Assembly (NCBI GenBank): GCA_965235115.1
Contig: OZ249436.1
Coordinates: forward strand, 50,654,001 to 50,718,000
DNA from: Laetmonice hystrix
Taxonomy: Eukaryota
Reading direction: 5' to 3'
DNA: 64,000 bases
The position numbers were made by a program, and so were the translations under genes. Shown here piece by piece: positions 24,731-37,287 of this stretch (positions within the stretch are counted from its first letter, which is position 1; every line of letters starts with the position of its first letter). The notes beneath the pieces were generated by a model, which made no database searches, was not told the DNA's origin, and was given only the letters and a program-made list of their open reading frames with translations.

Positions 24731-27544
24731 GATAATTATACGAACTCTTTGTCCTCTAAAGTTACAATTAGTGATGGCACTCTGAGTGTTTCCTTGCTGC
24801 CGGAAATGCGAACGCCCTCACGGGGTGGCCTGGCTGTCTTCTGACCCTCTATGGCCATCTGTGAAGCATGGGTAAGCGACGGGACGTCTCCGTGGCATCC
24901 CCGGTCTGCACGTGTCTGCGGAATGTGCCCTTTAGCCCAGTGTAAGCCAGTCATACCCACTGACACCAGCGCACAACTGTTAGTGCTACAACCGGTACAC
25001 CCATTGCACATTGCATGGGCGGCCTTTTTTCTGGCTCTGAGCCCGTCATACCTTGATTATTGGTGGTTGTAGGAGTTTTTAGGATCTACGTGTACTTGAA
25101 TGGAGAGTGCAATATCAGTTTCTGTGAACGAGACAAGTCAAAGTTATCGAGTTACAAGTGACATGACTGGCACTGACTTCACGCATATCGTTGGCATACC
25201 CAAATTAAATTGTCACTGTCACACTTGACGCAATGGTAATCATCTCCAGACTGCATGTTGTTTTTCCCCTGCCTATCATGTATCTACTTCACATTATCAA
25301 CACATTTCACCTAATGAAACCGAGCATAATTTCAAAAGACAGTACATGCTCACAGACATGTGTTGCCAACTTTTTAAAAACTTTCCGTCTATGTCCCTAA
25401 TTTAACCGTTTTGCGCGGAAAATAAGTTGAGAGTGAGTAGACGGTGCGGACAGTGAGGCGGACAGTGCCAGGTTGACGGGGCCGCTGTTGTGGGGTTTTT
25501 GGTGGGCCCGGGTGTGGCGGTGATTGAGTAAGGTGTACATACAGGGGAGCGACGTCTCCCGTCGGTACTTGTTCATTATAGAAAGAACTTGAAAAAAGGA
25601 GCTCTAGTCTGATTTACAGACTAAACTAGAGAGTGTAGTCTTGGACCCCAAACACATTTTCAAACGTCGGAGGATCGGTAAATTTATACCATACCTTAAC
25701 GTCATGTTCCTTGGGAAACACATGAAGGTGCTGAATAGCCTAATAATATTGTAATATCTCGGCCAATCAAAAGAGGTTCTTTTCGGGTTAGGGTGTCCCA
25801 TGGTCTCTTTGATGTAGGAGTTGTCTGGTTATAGACTTATCCACTCTTCCCCACTTGATCGATGGGTCAGTGGGATATAGGAGTGTTATAATTAGTCTCA
25901 TAATTGGTCTCCTGTCTGGCGACGCAGCGGGTAACGTTGATTTTTGGAATGCCTCCAAGGCATGAATTCCCGGCTCCTTTGTAAGCTATACAGCCCTTTT
26001 CATGGCGCCTGCCATGACATTTCCGTTTTTTTTCAGTTCTTAGCTCACGTCTGCTATCATCTTGACCAGAGAAATCTGCTGTCTATAAGATTGGACCGAA
26101 GTGGGTTCGTGATGAGGGGGGGGGGTCGCTTTGGTATGAGGTGATGAAGGACAGACAACATGGAATAAAACCACTGTACAACCATCCTCGCCTCACCTGC
26201 CAGCAGCTCCTCTTACCCCTTGGGACTATAAGCAGCTTCTCTGGATCCTCTTGCTCCGTTTGAAATTGAGCCAAGAGGAGCTGCAGGATTGGGATAAGAT
26301 GATATGTAAATATATCCGGACTTAGCCCAACCCGAGCGGATTCTAACTTCAAGCCAATATTGTTTCAAGGATTGTGTTTACACTGATACTTGTATCTGTA
26401 GAATACTGAGGGAGCGCTTAACAACAGGATTTTCTCATAACGTATTTATGTACAGAGCGTTATTAAAACTGGCCCGCCAACAAACATGGCGGCGCCATTG
26501 AAGGGTTTACTCACAAAATTCACGGTCGGGTATTTAGGGACGAATGACCAGACAACCAAAGAGGGTTACTGACTGGATGCGCCATCACCCCCTTCATCCA
26601 CCACCCCACAAACCTGTTACACCCTCAACCCTTGTCTGCTCTCACCCCCAGACCAGCTGCAAGCCTCACGTGAAAACGTGGCGGGGCCCACATAAAGCAG
26701 TAGGTCGGCCTTTGACTGCTGCACACCAAGCATTGTCTACTTCCGGCCGCCTGTCTAGGCGCATTTCCTGTAACACTAATTTGTGTCCAGTTGGAACAGG
26801 TTAAAAAACAGTGGAGGAGATACGCTGCCCCCCCCCCCACACTTCCTGGTTACAACCCGCGCCCCACGCCCTTTAAATCCTCACCTCCACCCCCTCTAAC
26901 TTTGCATCGCCCCTTCCCCACACCCNNNNNNNNNNNNNNNNNNNNNNNNNNNNNNNNNNNNNNNNNNNNNNNNNNNNNNNNNNNNNNNNNNNNNNNNNNN
27001 NNNNNNNNNNNNNNNNNNNNNNNNNNNNNNNNNNNNNNNNNNNNNNNNNNNNNNNNTGGGACGACTCATTGCTCATCTTGCTGTGACTTTGAAGAGGTAA
27101 TACCAACATTTTTTTTAAAAGTCAATAAATAATAGTTTACGGTTAAAAAGTTGTTTGATCCCAGACTTTCCACTAAAGCCGGGCGGGTCATCGGTCGATC
27201 TATATTACGGTACATCTCACCAACCACCTAAACCCTTAAACTCGTCTGGCATGTCCACCAATCTATCCCCGTCTGGTGTGTTTCTGACGTTGCATCACCT
27301 ATAGTGGCTGAGACCGAATGGAGCAGTCTCCAAGAACTGTCTGTGTGTGGGTGGGGGAGCGCACGGTTCGGGCCGTGTGAAGGCGGCCCAGGGCTATGGT
27401 GGCGCCCCCACCGGGAGTTCCGAACACCTGAGGCGGCCAACCCTCCCGCGGCTGTACTCTAGCTGTCTCTCCTCCATACACTTCCACCCCACACCTTACC
27501 TGACAGCCAGCAGACTGGCGGCTCGTACCTATCACAGTACTTCA

Positions 27545-28717
27545 TAGATTCTAACCTGCATGTAGGTCTGTCTCTACAGCACTGATCGCTATAATTCTAA
27601 CCTGAATGTAAGCCTGTCTCTACAGCTCTGATCGCTACTACAGGATTCTAACCTGAATGTAAGCCTGTCTCTACAGCTCTGATCGCTACTTTAGGATTCT
27701 AACCTGAATTTAAGCCTGTCTCTACAGCTCTGATCGCTACTATAGGATTCTAACCTGAATGTAAGCCTGTCTCTACAGCTCTGATCGCTACTATAGGATT
27801 TTAACCTGAATGTAAGCCTGTCTCTACAGCTCTGATCGCTATACTGTAGGATTCTAACCTGAATGTAAGCCTGTCTCTACAGCTCTGATCGCTATACTAT
27901 AGGATTCTAACCTGAATGTAAGCCTGTTTCTACAGCTCTGATCGCTACTATGGGATTCTAACCTGAATGTAAGCCTGTCTCTACAGCTCTGATCGCTACT
28001 ATAGGATTCTAACCTGAATGTAAGCCTGTCTCTACAGCTCTGATCGCTACATGTACTATAGGATTCTAACCTGAATATGTTAGCCTGTCTCTACAGCTCT
28101 GATCGGTACTATAGGATTCTAACCTGCATGTAGGTCTGTCTCTGCAGCTCTGATCGCTACTATAGGATTCTAACCTGAATGTAAGCCTGTCTCTACAGCT
28201 CTGATCGCTACTATAGGATTCTAACCTGAATGTAAGCCTGTCTCTACAGCTCTGATCGCAACTATAGGATTCTAACCTGAATGTAAGCCTGTCTCTACAG
28301 CTCTGATCGCTACTACAGGATTCTAACCTGAATGTAAGCCTGTCTCTACAGCTCTAATCGCTACTACAGGATTCTAACCTGAATGTAAGCCTGTCTCTAC
28401 AGCTCTGATCGCTACTATAGGATTCTAACCTGAATGTAAGCCTGTCTCTACAGCTCTGATCGCTACTATAGGATTCTAACCTGAATGTAAGCCTGTCTCT
28501 ACAGCTCTGATCGCTACATGTACTATAGGATTCTAACCTGAATATGTAAGCCTGTCTCTACAGCTCTGATCGCTACTATAGGATTCTAACCTGCATGTAG
28601 GTCTGTCTCTGCAGCTCTGATCGCTACTATAGGATTCTAACCTGAATGTAAGCCTGTCTCTACAGCTCTGATCGCTATATATATATACTATAGGATTCTA
28701 ACCTGAATGTAAGCCTG
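27545..28717. repeat. Minisatellite, ~51-bp unit, ~23 copies
   Basis: Unit TATAGGATTCTAACCTGAATGTAAGCCTGTCTCTACAGCTCTGATCGCTAC with small indel variants. Confidence 0.98.
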
Positions 28718-30480
28718 CCTGAATCAATATGAAAGCGACTTTCGGCAGTTGCTAGACTTTTCAGCGTAGCTCAAGAAACATGGTAAATAACAAATGTTTT
28801 ACAGGACGTTGAAAATGTCGCGTTAACACTTGGCTATAGTCACATTTTAACATGACCTTTTTACATTACTCCCTGTTATATATCAGACAAGACAGGACCC
28901 TTGTCGGCCTAGATACGAGTTTTTTTTTAAAAATCACCAGGATCTCCAAAAGATGTATCCATTCTCGAACAGATGCAGAGTCCGTCGCATTCCATGTTCT
29001 TTACTTTACTTTTTTTTCTGTCAGACCCAGATTTTTGCTGCCCTGTGTTATGGGTTGAGCGTTTCACGCGCATTTCAACCCCAGTCAAAACTAGCTTTGC
29101 GTTTCACAAATACACATACAATATATAGTATGGTGAGCTAAAGTTAGCAAAGCCAGCCGTAAACGTATATCTTTATACTCCCTATAGGTGTAGCCTGGAA
29201 AGAGACGTTCCGGGAACAATATTTCCTGTCGCGGCCTCTGGTATGATGTAGAAAGTGTTGGGATTCGTGTGAATTAATGAGCAGCAGACCTTTAAGACCT
29301 GCTATCGTTAATCTGACATGTACACGTGTATAGATAAGGGGATTAGTTTTAATCAATCGTTTACTTGACATGATATTAATGTTTTACCGAATTGATATTT
29401 CAGTGTCATACGTCCATGGACAGCTATAGGGGTTTCGAGATGTAGATGCCGGTAGAATCGATCCGATATGGTACTTTACATCTAATCGCTAGCTGTCAGC
29501 CCTCTGGCTGAGTCTGGGTTCTGGATTTCAGCTCAATAACTGAAGACAGACCCGGCTCCGGGGTGGTTACTAGACACGGATAGGTAAACCCCTTAGGTCT
29601 GAATGTATGGTGGATACGTAGGGGTTGGTATTGTATGTACATGGAGGCGCCGCGTACTTGAGTAACGTTTAACACCAACAAATCCGACCATTTTCCTGCC
29701 ATGGCCTCGGGCAGAATGTCAGGTTAAAGGGTAATAGGCCAATCCTTGAAGAGACTTAGAGCGACTGCAGCGTATCAAGTAGGCCTTGTATTTGGCATGG
29801 GTTCCCAAAGTATAGGCCCCTGTCCACACGTAAACGTCCGTGTTAAACCTTGATATTTAGTTGATATAAATCGTTGGATATACACCTATACTTTAGTAAG
29901 TGGGTAAATAAATGTTAACACTGAATGTCAAGCATTGTTTACGAGTCCAACCCGTCAAGACGATGTGCGCCCCCCTTACAAAACTAGTCAATCGGGAGGT
30001 GATCGTCCGAGCACTGTTTATCAGAAAGAGTAAGAGTTTGGGTGATGCATGGCGGTGGAGGGTGGGGCCGGGGTGTCTGGCCGGGACCTGCACCCCCCCC
30101 CCACCCCACCCCACCCCCTCCACCCTCACCATAACCCCCACCCCCAGTGATCCACGACCCATCTGTCACCGATCTGTCTCCGCTCACCTGTCGGTCGATC
30201 ATGGTCCACTCGGCTTGCCGAGAGGTGGCGCTGTAAACATTCGATAAGTCGCTGCCGTATCTTGATAACGCAAACAACGTTAATGCTGCCAGTGCCCAGG
30301 CCGGGAGCTTTCATCTTTTAGGAAAGCAAAGCATGATTGCTTTCCAATTCCTATGTTTGTTTGTTTCTTTGGTTTTTTTTTTCAATGCAATATTTTGTGT
30401 GTCGAAAAAAGTGGGTTGATTGAACTTTAGGCGCAAATGCATTATCCTTGATACAAGTCAATTTAAGGTTTCTTGATAAA

Positions 30481-30514
30481 GAAGAAGAAGAAGAAGAAGA
30501 AGAAGAAGAAGAAG
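30481..30514. repeat. (GAA)n microsatellite
   Basis: About 11 GAA units. Confidence 0.97.
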
Positions 30515-32092
30515 ACTCGTATACTTTCAGCCCACGGTTCCTGAAGTCATCCCATGAGGTTAAGATCAGCAGTCAGGCGCCGACCAGAGGGAGGGGCCGA
30601 CGTTCTGCCTCGAAAATATGATCGCGCTATTATCCTCAGGTTGGGTGTTTGGGCGCCGTCTTATGAGAGCCCCCCCCCCCCCTCCCCCACAGCTGGCCAA
30701 CATTGACGGCCGTTCCTCCTCAATAATTCCTATGTTTATTATCCTTCCCGTGTTTAGATTTCACTCTCTCATATCTAGGTGCGCCCCGCAGGCCACGCAA
30801 ACCCATCGAGTTCGGTCCTCAAAATGACCTTTTCCTGATTCTATTTCCAGGTTTAAGCCTAATGGAGGGCATGCCAAGCCTGACCGACTGGACATTACTA
30901 AATGCCACTCGATGACGTACACATGGGGCATTGCCTTCCCTCAGTGTAATTTGTTTCTTGGGTTTATGTAGTGTACAATATACCTTGGCAGTGAATCATG
31001 ACCACCCGTAATGTTTAGTACGATGTTCATGCGCTTACATCAGGCGGCTGCCCTCCCTCCGACAGTGAGGCCAAAGGTATTACAGTCTGTTTCACAAGAC
31101 CATCACAGAATGAGAAGTAATGGTGTAGCTCGACAGGCCAGGTGATAGAAGTCGATTGAACATTTCGTGGCTATATATCCCGCCCGCATACATGCCGTGG
31201 ACTAAACGTTAATATTGAATCCATAATACATAATGATAGTTCATATGGTACTACATGGGCTAACTTCTCGCTAACTCAGCAGAATTTGGCTTCCAGATAC
31301 ACCGGCGTCTAGTAGATATACAGCCAGAAACATGTCGCCTTCTGATTTAATCCACGTTTTCTTCTAGCCGCGTCTATATCGGCAAGTCATAAGTAAGACA
31401 GAAATAACGGCCCAGACCGTAGGCAAATCCGGCTTTGAAAACTTGAAAGCTGAGCTGTTAAAAAGTCGTGTCTATACCGGCCTTATGTATATCTCCAAAA
31501 CACTATTATTGATTCTATTGACCCATGTCATGTAACGTGTAGCCAAGTTCACTGACAGACTCACTGGACGGACCATCTGGCTTTACGTACGTTAGATGGA
31601 TCACCCGGACACCATAACACATGAATTACGGTAACACAATGCAGGTGGGCGTAGAAAATACTATACCCACCGTTTAACAGAAAGCACTCGATGGCTACTG
31701 CATAGAGGACGAGTGTGAGATCTGATATGGTTTATAACTAAGTTAATAACTGCTTGCCGTGATCAGTTCCTAAGACATCTACAAAAGCATGTATGTGTAG
31801 TATTAATGCTTAATGAATAATGCTTTCTAGTTTTCCTTTAAATTTATATGGGGCAGTAGTAGAGATCACGGATATGGANNNNNNNNNNNNNNNNNNNNNN
31901 NNNNNNNNNNNNNNNNNNNNNNNNNNNNNNNNNNNNNNNNNNNNNNNNNNNNNNNNNNNNNNNNNNNNNNNNNNNNNNNNNNNNNNNNNNNNNNNNNNNN
32001 NNNNNNNNNNNNNNNNNNNNNNNNNNNNNNNNNNNNNNNNNNNNNNNNNNNNNNNNNNNNNNNNNNNNNNNNNNNNNNNNNNNNNNNNNNNC

Positions 32093-32275
32093 TGATTCCC
32101 TCCCTGCCTGCCTGCCTCCTTCCCTCCCTGCCTGCCTGCCTCCTTCCCTCCCTCCCTCCCTCCCTGATTGCCTGCCTGCCTGCCTCCCTGATTCCCTCCC
32201 TGCCTCCTTTCCTGCCTTCCTGCCTCCCTCCGTCCCTGTCTCTCTGCCTCCCTGCCTGCCTCCCTGTTTCCAAGT
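32093..32275. repeat. Pyrimidine-rich (CCCT/GCCT)n low-complexity tract next to a gap
   Basis: Mosaic of CCCT and GCCT tetramers. Confidence 0.9.
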
Positions 32276-32429
32276 CTTCCTTGCTCATGAAAATGTCAAT
32301 GGTCTTTATGTACTGATGTAGGAATTATGGAGCTCTGCCTGTCACTACGCCTGTAATGATAGCACCACCACCTGACGCTTCCACAGCTGCTGGGAACCAA
32401 GGAACAGGTCAGGAGATGTTTACAAAGCG

Positions 32430-32512
32430 CCAACAGGGGGCGCCAGCAGTGCCATCAGTCAATGGTCACGTGCCACCGACAAATTGATTCTCTCGCTGCC
32501 AGCAGGGGGCGG
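32430..32512 (+). promoter_or_regulatory. Two tandem CTCF-like motifs
   Basis: CCAACAGGGGGCGC (32430-32443) and CCAGCAGGGGGCGG (32499-32512), same orientation, 69 bp apart. Motif match only. Confidence 0.35.
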
Positions 32513-32739
32513 GCCTTTAAACCGCCTTGGGGCGCCTATTTCAGCATGTTCAGCTGAAATTGGACAGCGATCAGAACAAACCTTTGACATTTTCCCCATT
32601 CTCAGGAGGCAAGAAGGCCCATCATTATGCCTGGCACCAACTGTACCGTATTCTATGTCCCGGGTGTGGAATCTAGGCGCACATAATGGTTAAAAACATA
32701 ACGGAAATTGATCGCGACAAGTTTCCATCATCCACTCAC

Positions 32740-32840
32740 AACTTTCTCTTTCACAAAGGATGCATTCACTTCACCACTACATTCTGGCACTAGAGCAGAA
32801 AGCCATTCACATAGTTCCCTAACAAATACCAACCCATCAC
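32740..32840 (-). CDS. Candidate orphan coding exon: (G)DGLVFVRELCEWLSALVPECSGEVNASFVKEKV
   Basis: Acceptor cattgccatttcttacag| and donor GTT|GTGAGT; 101 nt open in phase 1 to 0. No family recognised. Confidence 0.3.
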
Positions 32841-34147
32841 CTGTAAGAAATGGCAATGTGCCGAGTTCCTACAGATTCCACGAGGTGGAATGTTTGGGTG
32901 GGCGGCGGCGTCAGATGGGATCGATTCTTGGGCGTGGTGGCAGCTTTCTTCTGTGATTTTAGAAACGGCCGTCACCAGAAAGGTTGTGGTGGGGGTTGAC
33001 TTCCTCCACCTGGCGCTGTGGCCATGGTGTGTGGGTAAAAGAATAGGTTCTTGGTCGGTTAACTGCTGGCTCGGTTTCAAGGAATGTCATTATTGCGACC
33101 CACTCTTTACTTGTCAAGGAATATGACGTCAGTGGTCCAGTGGATGTCCAGGAGACAACACAGTTTCATTTTTGAGATTAAAAACTCGATTTTGAAAGGG
33201 CGGGAAAAGATTAGTGGAGCGAGTTTTACCATCTGACTTAAACTCTAATATTCATAGGGGTGATAAGAGTAATCATGTTCTGGTTGTAACTGGGATGAGG
33301 CTATAGATAATAACTTCGATAGATGTAGGCCTGTGAAGAAACTAATTGAGAGAGTCAACTCATTTAAAAAAGACTCCAGGACATGAGGTTATCCTCAAGA
33401 CGAGGCTGAGCAGGTTTCAGCCGTCTGTACTGTTATCTAATACGGTCAATCACCATGCTCAGTTCGTGGGTGATGGGCCATTTAACCGTCCTTATCGGTG
33501 CCTGGCTCAGCGTGAAGTACCTAGGGGTTCCTGTATACATCTCTCGTGTCTCTCCACCCACCCGGCGGTCAGCACCGTCAGGTCATGACCAGAGGTCATC
33601 GTTAGAACCTGGACGACAGGGGTCAGCAGCTCGCTGTTGACAGTGACGAGTTCCTGTCGTCATTGATCTGTTTTAATTGAGACCGACACCAAGCGAGTGA
33701 CTGGACGGTTCAAGGACAGCCTGGACGTGCGTGACGGTCAGCTTCAGCGCTGTCTTCTCGCCAAGGGTATGCGGCCCAAGCATACTGTCCGCCCCGAGAT
33801 ATCTCAATAGGGGGCGCTCGGACTAATGACAGGCAGGACAAAGGTTTACAAGGGGAAACAGCCGACGTTACATCTTGTTTCCACGTTTATCTACTTGAGA
33901 CTTGCTGTTGACTGGTGCAATACCAGTTTCTACTTGATCACTCACGATTGTTTTTCTTTTCTTTTTGGCCAGCCTTCCTATATAGTGGACCCTCTTCCCT
34001 ACCCCTCCTAGACCCGTCCCTGAACGGAGTACATATCGTCCGTCTCTGAGCCGTACTCAGAATTCTACAAGACAGGAAGCACTTGATCTTGCCAATATAT
34101 CCTCTGCTCCTAAAATGACCAAAAGCTCACATGTTTGTTTATGATGT

Positions 34148-34480
34148 CATGCATCGTCATTGGGAGGCTTAACGGCGGGACCAATGGCCCTACAGCGACT
34201 GAAACATGCATCGTCATTAGGAGACTTAACGGCGGGACCAATGGTCCTACAGCGACTGAAACATGCATCGTCATTAGGAGACTTAACGGCGAGACCAATG
34301 GCCCTACAGCGACTGAAACATGCATCGTCATTAGGAGACTTAAGACCAATGGCCCTACAGCGACTGAAACATGCATCGTCATTAGGAGACTTAACGGCGG
34401 GACCAATGGCCCTACAGCGACTGAAACATGCATCGTCATTCCTTAACGGCGGGACCAATGGCCCTACAGCGACTGAAACA
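34148..34480. repeat. Minisatellite, 57-bp unit, ~6 copies
   Basis: Unit CATGCATCGTCATTAGGAGACTTAACGGCGGGACCAATGGCCCTACAGCGACTGAAA; two copies carry short deletions. Confidence 0.96.
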
Positions 34481-35727
34481 AAGCTCATTAATCAAGGTTC
34501 TGATCATGCCTTCTAAAATCCTAGTTGATGCTGTTCAAAAAGTAGAGCAGTTGCCATGCAGAGTCAGGGAAAGGTACCAACCTTTACCACTGAGAGTGCG
34601 AGAGGTGATGATCGTATAGTACGAAAGCTAATGTCATGTCTACATTGCTACAGTAAGCAAAAATAGACCTAAAATACAATAAAATGTCATATTTCATGCC
34701 AACTTAAGGAAGTGGACGTATTTCTACAACTATAAGTAGGACTCTTTTTCTAAGAGTAGCAATTATGTGCCATTAATTTTGATCTCAATTAGGCCTACTT
34801 AAACAGGTCTTGAAGTGAGTTGTTTGTACCTAAGGCGACCATTAGTCACAGCACTCAGACTACCCCGGTAGTCTGCTAGCTCAGAGACAACAAAAGAAAA
34901 CTGCAACACGAGGTAATGACCCGTCTATTAATCTGACCCCTTCCGTGGACTATTATTTAAACGCTCGGAAATAGGTCATCAATAGCCACGACGACGTACA
35001 ACAGAAATCCCTTTCAATCATGTAATGCGTCGTTACCAAAGAACAGATTATTGCTGCCATGTCGTCTGCGCTCTTTCATTTGCATCACTCTCGTGTGTCG
35101 TCATCGAACGCTCCCTGATCAAAGGCAGAGTTTGGGTTTATCAACCGACAGGGTTCATTAAACGACTTTGAACGTGAACACCAGACAGGTAATGACGTTA
35201 CGCTTGAACAGAGGTAGACATCTGATCAGCGTGACGTCTGGACGGGATTCGTACCGGAACGGTTGAGGACTGTTCCTGTGAATGAATAATTTCTGTCCCA
35301 GTGAACTCGCTCTGTGTGTGCAGACATTGCGTACTCTCTCGATCTGGGTCTCTCTTTGTTTCTCTCTTGTTTTCTCCATATCTTTGCTTCAGTGTAGAGA
35401 ACGATACAAACACCCTGCTGAAATATCTATAAAGGCATTTTCGGATAATCAGCAAGCCGTAAAATTTCCAATATTTTCTTTTTTCGATGGTGGCAGCTAT
35501 TTAGATTGATATAGAATAGTAGAGATTTCATCTTATACCCTATAACGTTTTCGTTAGAATGTCGTTTATATCGGTTTGAATGTATCATTCCTATCGATTA
35601 GCACCGTTTGAGATTGCGGTGGGTCCCATGGCGACATAATCATGGATTTTCAAAAGACTTCGCACTCACCCAGCGTGTCATGAGAGCATTGCTAATTTCA
35701 CACTTCATACACTCCAGTATTCCACTT

Positions 35728-35883
35728 CCACGCCCTCTCTGCCGCATGGTCAACTCGAGACCTTCCTGCGAAACGACGCGCGCATCTCCTGGTGCGCATG
35801 CGTATCCACGCCCTCTCTGCCGCATCGTCAACCCCGGACCTTCCTGCGAGAGGACGCGCGCATCTCCCAGTGCGCATGCGTAT
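35728..35883. repeat. Tandem duplication, 78-bp unit x2
   Basis: CCACGCCCTCTCTGCCGCAT...TGCGCATGCGTAT at 35728 and 35806. Confidence 0.93.
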
Positions 35884-37271
35884 TTGTATTCTCGACGGGC
35901 GGTAAGCCAGTGGTCATTCGATGGCACTGACTGACCCTTCTAAACAAGGCTTGGAATTTGTCGTTTTCCTAATCTTTTAGTGATCATAGAGGGTTGATTC
36001 CGCAGTCCTATTATAAACAACCCTTAAGTCCTCACTCAGGAAAAGGTCGATTCCGAGTCAACCAATCAACCAAAGTGAGAAACATGAGCTTCCACAGCTG
36101 GGCTGTACGTGCCAACGTCTTCATGTGGTTATGGACCTTTACGAGTAGAACCCAGAGCCTGGAAGACCACCTAGCATGTGAGATATTTTCCAGTTGTTGC
36201 CTTCAATATTTCATTCGCCATTTCACTCCCAATACATGTAGACTGGAAAGATACAATTCTACTTTATTTACCAAGGCACATGCGCTTTTACATAAACCAC
36301 GTGTCTTAAGATGCCTTGTGAAAGGGCCATGGAAGGCGGCCATGTTGGATGACCCTCGGTTCCCCCTCGGGCCGAACCGGCCAACTGTCTGGGTTGTGCT
36401 CAGGGCGGAATACAAGGTGTGCATGGTCTCCTCGATCGCCTTAGTAAAAGGGGTGTTCATCTGATTTAAACAAAGATAAACAAATATAGGGATATGCTTA
36501 AATAGATGTCACGTCGGTGTCCCTGTAGGGAGACAGGAAGAATTTGACATAGTGTAGGGGGGCCTACTATGCACCAGGCCTTTACGCAAGTGACGAATTT
36601 GCTAAATTGATAAAGTATACATTTAAGGCAAACCTATTATTTCTACGTGAAAAAAGAATTTAGGACACCATACGGTATATAGCTATGGTATAACTAGTCT
36701 CGACCATGGTCTCGGTACTTGTTGAGCTGACCATGACGAGATGGCCACATTTATGTTTTGTTGCCCGCGTTCTCCCTTTAAGAACACCCAGCTGATCCAG
36801 CCGTGCCCCATGCAGCCACCGGTAGTGGCCTGGGGCCGGTCGGGAGCTGTGAGTGTCCGCCTGAACGGCTGTGAACGGAGGCGGTTGGTCCCGGGCGTCG
36901 TGCCAGGAGGATCCCTCCCTCCTCCCGGCCGTCCGTCGGTATGGCATCCCGGTCAGTGACGGCGGTCCGCCCCCGAACACGTCAGGTCCATGTAGACGGG
37001 CGGGGGGAGCAGGTGGCCGGCCAGCTGTCCCTGGCCAGTCCGCCCGCCCGCCCCCGGACCCCCAACCGCCCACGGCCATAACAAGTTGACGTTAGCTGCA
37101 TGTACAAAAAGATGACTCCTACGTTTGGGCGTACGAATGGGTTAATCCTGTATATATCTTATACGGCCACTAAGTCTGGCTTTAGATCCATCATTCGCTT
37201 GGCGTGGGGCTGACGGAAAAATGAATCGAATGCCAGGAAGATGAGCAGTGTCCCCCTGAGTGAGCGGTTAG

Positions 37272-37287
37272 TAGTGCCACCTGGCGG
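37272..37287 (-). promoter_or_regulatory. CTCF-like motif
   Basis: Reverse complement reads CCGCCAGGTGGCACTA. Similar cores at 3398 (CCGCCAGGTGGCGT), 8923 (CCGCCAGGGGGCGG) and 30218 (CCGAGAGGTGGCGC). Confidence 0.35.

Noticed and set aside
24736-25011. LHWAKGH..RAD resembling an RNase H motif
   Set aside because: Spacing and upstream catalytic residues do not fit, and there is no adjacent RT sequence.
25560-26040. Protein-like minus-strand frame (..FPKEHDVKVWYKFTDPPTFENVFG..) as a possible viral or Polinton relic
   Set aside because: Multiple stops and no motif I can assign.
27545-28717. Donor-like GTAAGC and acceptor-like CTCTACAG in each 51-bp unit on plus
   Set aside because: They are only ~18 nt apart, too short for a spliceosomal intron.
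32322-32487. Possible plus-strand terminal exon (NYGALPVTTPVMIAPPP...GQEMFTKRQQ...)
   Set aside because: Weak acceptor, no upstream partner exon, and the GC-rich part is explained equally well by a CTCF-like motif.
33455-33640. VKYLGVP resembling a non-LTR RT C-terminal motif
   Set aside because: An isolated heptapeptide with no flanking RT similarity.
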